Shown here piece after piece: positions 46,701-59,269 of a DNA stretch of 64,000 nt. Position 1 is the stretch's first letter; the number at the start of each line of letters is the position of its first letter. The notes below the pieces were generated by a model that did no database searches, was not told the DNA's origin, and saw nothing but the letters and a program-made list of their open reading frames with translations. Position numbers and translations under genes: made by a program. The stretch comes from Eledone cirrhosa (Eukaryota), in NCBI GenBank assembly GCA_964016885.1, contig OZ024752.1, positions 17,670,001 through 17,734,000 of the forward strand. The letters are read 5' to 3'.

Positions 46701-49700
46701 GGTCTACAACTCCACCATGCTAACTCCTTCTTATATGGTCTACAACTCTACCATTCTAACTCATTCTTATATGTTCTACAACTCCACCATTCTAACTCCT
46801 TCTTATATGGTCTACAACTCCACCATTCTAACTCCTTCTTATATGGTCTACAACTCCACCATTCTAACTCCTTCTTATATGGTGTACAACTCCACCATTC
46901 TAACTCCTTCTTATATGGTCTACAACTCCACCATTCTAACTCCTTCTTATATGGTCTACAACTTCACCATTCTAACTCCTTCTTATATGGTCTACAACTC
47001 AACCATTCTAACTCCTTCTTATATGGTGTACAACTCCACCATTCTAAGTCCTTCTTATATGGTGTACAACTCCACCATTCTAACTCCTTCATATATGGTC
47101 TACAACTCCACCATTCTAACTCCTTCTTATATGGTGTACAACTCCACCATTCTAATTGCTTCTTATATGGTCTACAACTCCACCATTCTAACTCTTTTTT
47201 ATATGGTCTACACCTCCACCATTCTAACTCCTTCTGATATGGTCTACAACTCCACCATTCTAAATCCTTCTTATATGGTCTACAACTCCACCATTCTACT
47301 TCCTTCTTATATGGTCTACAACTCCACTATTCTAACTCATTCTTATATGGTCTACAACTCCACCATTCTAATTCCTTCTTATATGGTCTACAACTCCACC
47401 AATCTAATTCCTTCTTATATGGTCTACAACTCCACCATTCTAATTCCTTCTTATATGGTCTACAACTCCACCATTCTAACGCCTTCTTATATGGTCTACA
47501 ACTCCACCATTCTAAGGCCTTCTTATATGGTGTACAACTCCACCATTCTAATTCCTTCTTATATGGGCTACAACTCCACCATTCTAACTCCATCTTATAT
47601 GGTCTACAACTCCACCATTCTAACTCCTTCTTATATGGTCTACAACTCCACCATTCTAATTCCTTCTTATATGGTCTACAACTCCACCATTCTAATTCCT
47701 TCTTATATGGTCTACAACTCCACCATTCTAACTCCTTCTTATATGGTCTACAACTCCACCATTCTAACTCCTTCTTATATGGTCTACAACTGCACCATTC
47801 TAACTCCTTCTTATATGGTCTACAACTCCACCATTCTATCTCCTTCTTATATGGTCTACAACTCCACCATGCTAACTCCCTCTTATATGGTCTACAACTC
47901 TACCATTCTAACTCATTCCTATATGTTCTACAACTCCACCATTCTAACTCCTTCTTATATGGTCTACAACTCCACCATACTAACTCCTTCTTATATGGTC
48001 TACAACTCCACCATTCTAACTCCTTCTTATATGGTGTACAACTCCACTATTCTAACTCCTTATTATATGGTCTACAACTCCACCATTCTAACTCCTTCTT
48101 ATATGGTGTACAACTCCACCATTCTAACTCCTTCTTATATGGTGTACAACTCCACCATTCTAATTCCTTCTTATATGGTCTACAACTCCACCATTCTAAC
48201 TCCTTCTTATATGGTGTACAACTCCACCATTCTAATTCCTTCTTATATGGTCTACAACTCCACCATTCTAATTCCTTCTTATATGGTCTACAACTCCACC
48301 CTTCTAACTCCTTCATATATGGTCTACAACTCCACCATTCTAACTCCTTCTTATATGGTCTACAACTCCACCATTCTATCTCCTTCTTATATGGTCTACA
48401 ACTCCACCATGCTAACTCCCTCTTATATGGTCTACAACTCTACCATTCTAACTCATTCCTATATGTTCTACAACTCCACCATTCTAACTCCTTCTTATAT
48501 GGTCTACAACTCCACCATACTAACTCCTTCTTATATGGTCTACAACTCCACCATTCTAACTCCTTCTTATATGGTGTACAACTCCACTATTCTAACTCCT
48601 TATTATATGGTCTACAACTCCACCATTCTAACTCCTTCTTATATGGTGTACAACTCCACCATTCTAACTCCTTCTTATATGGTGTACAACTCCACCATTC
48701 TAATTCCTTCTTATTTGGTCTACAACTCCACCATTCTAACTCCTTCTTATGTGGTCTACAACTCCCCCATTCTAATTCGTTCTTATATGGTCTACAACTA
48801 CACTATTCTAACTCCATCTTATATGGTCTACAACTCCACCATTCTAATTCCTTCTTATATGGTCTACAACTCCACCATTCTAACTCCTTCTTATATGGTC
48901 TACAACTCCACCATTCTAATTCCTTCTTATATGGTCTACAACTCCACCATTCTAATTCCTTCTTATATGGTCTACAACTCCACCATTCTAACGCCTTCTT
49001 ATATGGTCTACAACTCCACCATTCTAACGCCTTCTTATATGGTGTACAACTCCACCATTCTAATTCCTTCTTATATGGTCTACAACTCCACCATTCTAAC
49101 TCCTTCTTATATGGTCTACAACTCCACCATTCTAACTCCTTCTTATATGGTCTACAACTCCACCATTCTAACTCCTTCTTATATGGTCTACAACTGCACC
49201 ATTCTAACTCCTTCTTATATGGTCTACAACTCCACCATTCTAACTCCTTCTTATATGGTGTACATCTCCACCATTCTAACTCCTTCTTATATGGTGTACA
49301 ACTCCACCATTCTAATTCCTTCTTATATGGTCTACAACTCCACCATTCTAATTCCTTCTTATATGGTCTACAACTCCACCATTCTAACTCCTTCTTATAT
49401 GGTGTACACCTCCACCATTCTAATTCCTTCTTATATGGTCTACAACTCCACCATTCTAACTCCTTCTTATATGGTCTACAACTCCCCCATTCTAATTCCT
49501 TCTTATATGGTCTACAACTACACTATTCTAACTCCTTCTTATATGGTCTACAACTCCACCATTCTAATTCCTTCTTATATGGTCTATAACTCCACCATTC
49601 TAACTCCTTCATATATGGTCTACAACTCCACCATTCTAACTCCTTCTTATATGGTCTACAACTCCACCATTCTATCTCCTTCTTATATGGTCTACAACTC

Positions 49701-52700
49701 CACCATGCTAACTCCTTCTTATATGGTCTACAACTCTACCATTCTAACTCATTCTTATATGTTCTACAACTCCACCATTCTAACTCCTTCTTATATGGTC
49801 TACAACTCCACCATTCTAACTCCTTCTTATATGGTCTACAACTCCACCATTCTAACTCCTTCTTATATGGTGTACAACTCCACCATTCTAACTCCTTCTT
49901 ATATGGTCTACAACTCCACCATTCTAACTCCTTCTTATATGGTCTACAACTTCACCATTCTAACTCCTTCTTATATGGTCTACAACTCAACCATTCTAAC
50001 TCCTTCTTATATGGTGTACAACTCCACCATTCTAAGTCCTTCTTATATGGTGTACAACTCCACCATTCTAACTCCTTCATATATGGTCTACAACTCCACC
50101 ATTCTAACTCCTTCTTATATGGTGTACAACTCCACCATTCTAATTGCTTCTTATATGGTCTACAACTCCACCATTCTAACTCTTTTTTATATGGTCTACA
50201 CCTCCACCATTCTAACTCCTTCTGATATGGTCTACAACTCCACCATTCTAAATCCTTCTTATATGGTCTACAACTCCACCATTCTACTTCCTTCTTATAT
50301 GGTCTACAACTCCACTATTCTAACTCATTCTTATATGGTCTACAACTCCACCATTCTAATTCCTTCTTATATGGTCTACAACTCCACCAATCTAATTCCT
50401 TCTTATATGGTCTACAACTCCACCATTCTAATTCCTTCTTATATGGTCTACAACTCCACCATTCTAACGCCTTCTTATATGGTCTACAACTCCACCATTC
50501 TAACGCCTTCTTATATGGTGTACAACTCCACCATTCTAATTCCTTCTTATATGGGCTACAACTCCACCATTCTAACTCCATCTTATATGGTCTACAACTC
50601 CACCATTCTAACTCCTTCTTATATGGTCTACAACTCCACCATTCTAATTCCTTCTTATATGGTCTACAACTCCACCATTCTAATTCCTTCTTATATGGTC
50701 TACAACTCCACCATTCTAACTCCTTCTTATATGGTCTACAACTCCACCATTCTAACTCCTTCTTATATGGTCTACAACTGCACCATTCTAACTCCTTCTT
50801 ATATGGTCTACAACTCCACCATTCTAACTCCTTCTTATATGGTCTACAACTCCACCATTCTAACTCCTTCTTATATGGTGTACAACTCCACCATTCTAAT
50901 TCCTTCTTATATGGTCTACAACTCCACCATTCTAACTCCTTCTTATATGGTCTACAACTCCCCCATTCTAATTCTTTCTTATATGGTCTACAACTCCACC
51001 ATTCTAACTCCTTCTTATATGGTCTACAAATCCACCATTCTAACTCCTTCTTATATGGTCTACAACTGCACCATTCTAACTCCTTCTTATATGGTCTACA
51101 ACTCCACCATTCTAACTCCTTCTTATATGGTCTACAACTCCACCATTCTAACTCCTTCTTATATGGTCTACAACTGCACCATTCTAACTCCTTCTTATAT
51201 GATCTACAACTCCACCATTCTAACTCCTTCTTATATGGTGTACAACTCCACCATTCTAACTCCTTCTTATATGGTGTACAACTCCACCATTCTAATTCCT
51301 TCTTATATGGTCTACAACTCCACCATTCTAACTCCTTCTTATATGGTGTACAACTCCACCATTCTAATTCCTTCTTATATGGTCTACAACTCCACCATTC
51401 TAATTCCTTCTTATATGGTCTACAACTCCACCCTTCTAACTCCTTCATATATGGTCTACAACTCCACCATTCTAACTCCTTCTTATATGGTCTACAACTC
51501 CACCATTCTATCTCCTTCTTATATGGTCTACAACTCCACCATGCTAACTCCCTCTTATATGGTCTACAACTCTACCATTCTAACTCATTCCTATATGTTC
51601 TACAACTCCACCATTCTAACTCCTTCTTATATGGTCTACAACTCCACCATACTAACTCCTTCTTATATGGTCTACAACTCCACCATTCTAATTCCTTCTT
51701 ATATGGTCTACAACTCCACCATTCTAACTCCTTCTTATATGGTCTACAACTCCACCATTCTAACTCCTTCTTATATGGTCTACAAATCCACCATTCTAAT
51801 TCCTTCTTATATGGTCTACAACTCCCCCATTCTAATTCCTTCTTATCTGGTCTACAACTCCACCATTCTAATTCCTTCTTATATGGTCTACAACTCCACC
51901 ATTCTAACTCCTTCTTATATGGTCTACAACTCCACCATTCTAACTCCTTCTTATATGGTCTACAACTGCACCATTCTAACTCCTTCTTATATGGTCTACA
52001 ACTCCACCATTCTAACTCCTTCTTATATGGTGTACATCTCCACCATTCTAACTCCTTCTTATATGGTGTACAACTCCACCATTCTAATTCCTTCTTATAT
52101 GGTCTACAACTCCACCATTCTAATTCCTTCTTATATGGTCTACAACTCCACCATTCTAACTCCTTCTTATATGGTGTACACCTCCACCATTCTAATTCCT
52201 TCTTATATGGTCTACAACTCCACCATTCTAACTCCTTCTTATATGGTCTACAACTCCCCCATTCTAATTCCTTCTTATATGGTCTACAACTACACTATTC
52301 TAACTCCTTCTTATATGGTCTACAACTCCACCATTCTAATTCCTTCTTATATGGTCTACAACTCCACCATTCTAACTCCTTCATATATGGTCTACAACTC
52401 CACCATTCTAACTCCTTCTTATATGGTCTACAACTCCACCATTCTATCTCCTTCTTATATGGTCAACAACTCCACCATGCTAACTCCTTCTTATATGGTC
52501 TACAACTCTACCATTCTAACTCATTCTTATATGTTCTACAACTCCACCATTCTAACTCCTTCTTATATGGTTTACAACTCCACCATTCTAACTCCTTCTT
52601 ATATGGTCTACAACTCCACCATTCTAACTCCTTCTTATATGGTGTACAACTCCACCATTCTAACTCCTTCTTATATGGTCTACAACTCCACCATTCTAAC

Positions 52701-55700
52701 TCCTTCTTATATGGTCTACAACTTCACCATTCTAACTCCTTCTTATATGGTCTACAACTCAACCATTCTAACTCCTTCTTATATGGTGTACAACTCCACC
52801 ATTCTAACTCCTTCATATATGGTCTACAACTCCACCATTCTAACTCCTTCTTATATGGTGTACAACTCCACCATTCTAATTGCTTCTTATATGGTCTACA
52901 ACTCCACCATTCTAACTCTTTCTTATATGGTCTACACCTCCACCATTCTAACTCCTTCTGATATGGTCTACAACTCCACCATTCTAAATCCTTCTTATAT
53001 GGTCTACAACTCCACCATTCTACTTCCTTCTTATATGGTCTACAACTCCACTATTCTAACTCATTCTTATATGGTCTACAACTCCACCATTCTAATTCCT
53101 TCTTATATGGTCTACAACTCCACCATTCTAATTCCTTCTTATATGGTCTACAACTCCACCATTCTAACGCCTTCTTATATGGTCTACAACTCCACCATTC
53201 TAACGCCTTCTTATATGGTGTACAACTCCACCATTCTAATTCCTTCTTATATGGGCTACAACTCCACCTTTCTAACTCCATCTTATATGGTCTACAACTC
53301 CACCATTCTAACTCCTTCTTATATGGTCTACAACTCCACCATTCTAATTCCTTCTTATATGGTCTACAACTCCACCATTCTAATTCCTTCTTATATGGTC
53401 TACAACTCCACCATTCTAACTCCTTCTTATATGGTCTACAACTCCCCCATTCTAATTCTTTCTTATATGGTCTACAACTCCACCATTCTAACTCCTTCTT
53501 ATATGATCTACAAATCCACCATTCTAACTCCTTCTTATATGGTCTACAACTGCACCATTCTAACTCCTTCTTATATGGTCTACAACTCCACCATTCTAAC
53601 TCCTTCTTATATGGTCTACAACTCCACCATTCTAACTCCTTCTTATATGGTCTACAACTGCACCATGCTAACTCCTTCTTATATGATCTACAACTCCACC
53701 ATTCTAACTCCTTCTTATATGGTGTACAACTCCACCATTCTAACTCCTTCTTATATGGTGTACAACTCCACCATTCTAATTCCTTCTTATATGGTCTACA
53801 ACTCCACCATTCTAACTCCTTCTTATATGGTGTACAACTCCACCATTCTAATTCCTTCTTATATGGTCTACAACTCCACCATTCTAATTCCTTCTTATAT
53901 GGTCTACAACTCCACCCTTCTAACTCCTTCATATATGGTCTACAACTCCACCATTCTAACTCCTTCTTATATGGTCTACAACTCCACCATTCTATCTCCT
54001 TCTTATATGGTCTACAACTCCACCATGCTAACTCCCTCTTATATGGTCTACAACTCTACCATTCTAACTCATTCCTATATGTTCTACAACTCCACCATTC
54101 TAACTCCTTCTTATATGGTCTACAACTCCACCATACTAACTCCTTCTTATATGGTCTACAACTCCACCATTCTAACTCCTTCTTATATGGTGTACAACTC
54201 CACTATTCTAACTCCTTATTATATGGTCTACAACTCCACCATTCTAACTCCTTCTTATATGGTGTACAACTCCACCATTCTAACTCCTTCTTATATGGTG
54301 TACAACTCCACCATTCTAATTCTTTCTTATATGGTCTACAACTCCACCATTCTAACTCCTTCTTATATGGTCTACAACTCCACCATTCTAACTCCTTCTT
54401 ATATGGTCTACAACTCCACCATTATAAGTCCTTCTTATATGGTGTACAACTCCACCATTCTAACTCCTTCATATATGGTCTACAACTCCACCATTCTAAC
54501 TCCTTCTTATATGGTGTACAGCTCCACCATTCTAATTGCTTCTTATATGGTCTACAACTCCACCATTCTAACTCTTTCTTATATGGTCTACAACTCCACC
54601 ATTCTAACTCCTTCTTATATGGTGTACAACTCCACCATTCTAAATCCTTCTTATATGGTCTACAACTCCACCATTCTAATTGCTTCTTATATGGTCTACA
54701 ACTCCACCATTCTAACTCTTTCTTATATGGTCTACAACTCCACCATTCTAACTCCTTCTTATATGGTCTACAACTCCACCATTCTAAATCCTTCTTATAT
54801 GGTCTACAACTCCACCATTCTAACTCCTTCATATGTGGTCTACAACTCCACCATTCTAACTCCTTTTTATATGGTGTACAACTCCACCATTCTAATTCCT
54901 TCTTATATGGTCTACAACTCCACCATTCTAACTCCTTCATATATGGTCTACAACTCCACCATTCTAACTCCTTCTTATATGGTCTACAACTCCACCATTC
55001 TAATTCCTTCTTATATGGTCTACAACTCCACCATTCTAACGCCTTCTTATATGGTCTACAACTCCACCATTCTAACGCCTTCTTATATGGTGTACAACTC
55101 CACCATTCTAATTCCTTCTTATATGGTCTACAACTCCACCATTCTAACTCCTTCTTATATGGTCTACAGCTCCACCATTCTAATTCCTTCTTATATGGTC
55201 TACAACTCCACCATTCTAATTCCTTCTTATATGGTCTACAACTCCACCATTCTAATTCCTTCTTATATGGTCTACAACTCCACCATTCTAACTCCTTCTT
55301 ATAAGGTCTACAACTCCACCATTCTAACTCCTTCTTATATGGTCTACAACTGCACCATTCTAACTCCTTCTTATATGGTCTACAACTCCACCATTCTAAC
55401 TCCTTCTTATATGGTGTACAACTCCACCATTCTAACTCCTTCTTATATGGTGTACAACTCCACCATTCTAATTCCTTCTTATATGGTCTACAACTCCACC
55501 ATTCTAATTCCTTCTTATATGGTCTACAACTCCACCATTCTAACTCCTTCTTATATGGTGTACAACTCCACCATTCTAATTCCTTCTTATATGGTCTACA
55601 ACTCCACCATTCTAACTCCTTCGTATATGGTCTACAACTCCCCCATTCTAATTCCTTCTTATATGGTCTACAACTACACTATTCTAACTCCTTCTTATAT

Positions 55701-58700
55701 GGTGTACAACTCCACCATGCTAACTCCTTCTTATATGGTCTACAACTCTACCATTCTAACTCATTCTTATATGTTCTACAACTCTACCATTCTAACTCCT
55801 TCTTATATGGTCTACAACTCGACCATTCTAACTCCTTCTTATATGGTCTACAGCTCCACCATTCTAATTCCTTCTTATATGGTCTACAACTCCACCATTC
55901 TAATTCCTTCTTATATGGTCTACAACTCCACCATTCTAATTCCTTCTTATATGGTCTACAACTCCACCATTCTAACTCTTTCTTATATGGTCTACAACTC
56001 CACCATTCTAACTCCTTCTTATATGGTCTACAACTGCACCATTCTAACTCCTTCTTATATGGTCTACAACTCCACCATTCTAACTCCTTCTTATATGGTG
56101 TACAACTCCACCATTCTAACTCCTTCTTATATGGTGTACAACTCCACCATTCTAATTCCTTCTTATATGGTCTACAACTCCACCATTCTAACTCCTTCAT
56201 ATATGGTCTACAACTCCACCATTCTAACTCCTTCTTATATGGTCTACAACTCCACCATTCTATCTCCTTCTTATATGGTCTACAACTCCACCATGCTAAC
56301 TCCTTCTTATATGGTCTACAACTCTACCATTCTAACTCATTCTTATATGTTCTACAACTCTACCATTCTAACTCCTTCTTATATGGTCTACAACTCGACC
56401 ATTCTAACTCCTTCTTATATGGTCTATAACTCCACCATTCTAACTCCTTCTTATATGGTGTACAACTCCACTATTCTAACTCCTTATTATATGGTCTACA
56501 ACTCCACCATTCTAACTCCTTCTTATATGGTGTACAACTCCACCATTCTAATTCCTTCTTATATGGTCTACAACTCCACCATTCTAACTCCTTCTTATAT
56601 GGTCTACAACTCCACCATTCTAATTCCTTCTTATATGGTCTACAACTACACTATTCTAACTCCTTCTTATATGGTCTACAACTCCACCATTCTAATTCCT
56701 TCTTATATGGTCTACAACTCCACCATTCTAACTCCTTCATATATGGTCTACAACTCCACCATTCTAACTCCTTCTTATATGGTCTACAACTCCACCATTC
56801 TAACTCCTTCTTATATGGTCTACAACTCCACCATTCTAAAACCTTCTTATATGGTCTACAACTCTACCATTCTAACTCATTCTTATATGGTCTACAACTC
56901 CACCATTCTAACTCCTTCTTATATGGTCTACAACTCCACCATTCTAACTCCTTCTTATATGGTCTACAACTCCACCATTCTAACTCCTTCTTATATGATC
57001 TACAACTCCACCATTCTAACTCCTTCTTATATCGTGTACAACTCCACCATTCTAATTCCTTCTTATATGCTCTACAACTCCACCATTCTAACTCCTTCTT
57101 ATATGGTCTACAACTCCACCATTCTAATTCCCTCTTATATGGTCTACAACTCCACCATTCTAACTCCTTCATATATGGTCTACAACTCTAACATTCTAAC
57201 TCCTTCTTATATGGTGTGCAACTCCACCATTCTAACTCCTTCTTATATGGTCTACAACTCCACCATTCTAACTCCTTCTTATATGGTCTACAACTCCACC
57301 ATTCTAACTCCTTCTTATATGGTGTACAACTCCACCATTCTAATTCCTTCTTATATGCTCTACAACTCCACCATTCTAACTCCTTCTTATATGGTCTACA
57401 ACTCCACCATTCTAAATCCTTCTTATATGGTCTACAACTCCACCATTCTAAATGCTTCTTATATGGTGTACAACTCCACCATTCTAACTCTTTCTTATAT
57501 GGTCTACAACTCCACCATTCTAACTCCTTCTTATATGGTCTACAACTCCACCATTCTAAATCCTTCTTATATGGTCTACAACTCCACCATTCTAACTCCT
57601 TCATATGTGGTCTACAACTCCACCATTCTAACTCCTTTTTATATGGTGTACAACTCCACCATTCTAATTCCTTCTTATATGGTCTACAACTCCACCATTC
57701 TAACTCCTTCATATATGGTCTACAACTCCACCATTCTAACTCCTTCTTATATGGTCTACAACTCCACCATTCTAATTACTTCTTATATGGTCTACAACTC
57801 CACCATTCTAACGCCTTCTTATATGGTCTACAACTCCACCATTCTAACGCCTTCTTATATGGTGTACAACTCCACCATTCTAATTCCTTCTTATATGGTC
57901 TACAACTCCACCATTCTAACTCCTTCTTATATGGTCTACAACTCCACCATTCTAACTCCTTCTTATATGGTCTACAGCTCCACCATTCTAATTCCTTCTT
58001 ATATGGTCTACAACTCCACCATTCTAATTCCTTCTTATATGGTCTACAAATCCACCATTCTAATTCCTTCTTATATGGTCTACAACTCCACCATTCTAAC
58101 TCCTTCTTATAAGGTCTACAACTCCACCATGCTAACTCCTTCTTATATGGTCTACAACTCTACCATTCTAACTCATTCTTATATGTTCTACAACTCTACC
58201 ATTCTAACTCCTTCTTATATGGTCTACAACTCCACCATTCTAACTCCTTCTTATATGGTCTACAACTCCACCATTCTAACTCCTTCTTATATGGTGTACA
58301 ACTCCACTATTCTAACCCCTTATTATATGGTCTACAACTCCACCATTCTAACTCCTTCTTATATGGTGTACAACTCCACCATTCTAATTCCTTCTTATAT
58401 GGTCTACAACTCCACCATTCTAACTCCTTCTTATATGGTCTACAACTCCACCATTCTAATTCCTTCTTATATGGTCTACAACTACACTATTCTAACTCCT
58501 TCTTATATGGTCTACAACTCCACCATTCTAATTCCTTCTTATATGGTCTACAACTCCACCATTCTAAATCCTTCTTATATGGTCTACAACTCTACCATTC
58601 TAACTCATTCTTATATGGTCTACAACTCCACCATTCTAACTCCTTCTTATATGGTCTACAACTCCACCATTCTAACTCCTTCTTATATGGTCTACAACTC

Positions 58701-58926
58701 CACCATTCTAACTCCTTCTTATATGGTCTACAACTCCACCATTCTAACTCCTTCTTATATGGTGTACAACTCCACCATTTTAATTCCTTCTTATATGCTC
58801 TACAACTCCACCGTTCTAACTCCTCCTTATATGGTCTACAACTCCACCATTCTAATTCCTTCTTATATGGTCTACAACTCCACCATTCTAACTCCTTCAT
58901 ATATGGTTACAACTCTACCATTCTAA
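37774..58926 (+). other. 21-kb stop-free reading frame of (MVYNSTILTPSY)n; most likely a by-product of the satellite rather than a gene
   Basis: The frame is open in the ORF track. It has no unique N- or C-terminal domain, and both ends are defined by 1-bp deletions inside ordinary monomers. The confidence value refers to its being a real CDS. Confidence 0.07.
39200..54300. repeat. Right-central domain with a block of about 6 kb duplicated at a 9,144-bp offset, plus nested 2,988-bp and 540-bp duplications
   Basis: Minus-strand ORFs 41171..42304 / 50315..51448 and 43907..44788 / 53051..53932 are identical at offset 9144 (254x36). ORFs 45059 / 48047 are at offset 2988 (83x36). The CTT of the ACCCTT marker lies at 39337, 42289, 44773, 45313, 48301, 51433 and 53917. 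Confidence 0.9.
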
Positions 58927-59269
58927 CTCCTTCTTATATGGTGTGCAACTCCACCATTCTAATTCCTTCTTATATGGTCTACAACTCCACCATTCTAACT
59001 CCTTCTTATATGGTCTACAACTCCACCATTCTAATTCCTTCATATATGGTGTACAACTCCACCATTCTAATTCCTTCTTATATGGTCTACAACTCCACCA
59101 TTCTAATTCCTTCTTATATGGTCTACAACTCCACCATTCTAACTCCTTCTTATATGGTCTACAACTCCACCATTCTAACTCCTTCTTATATGGTCTACAA
59201 CTCCACCATTCTAACTCCTTCTTATATGGTCTACAACTCCACCATTCTAACTCCTTCTTATATGGTCTA

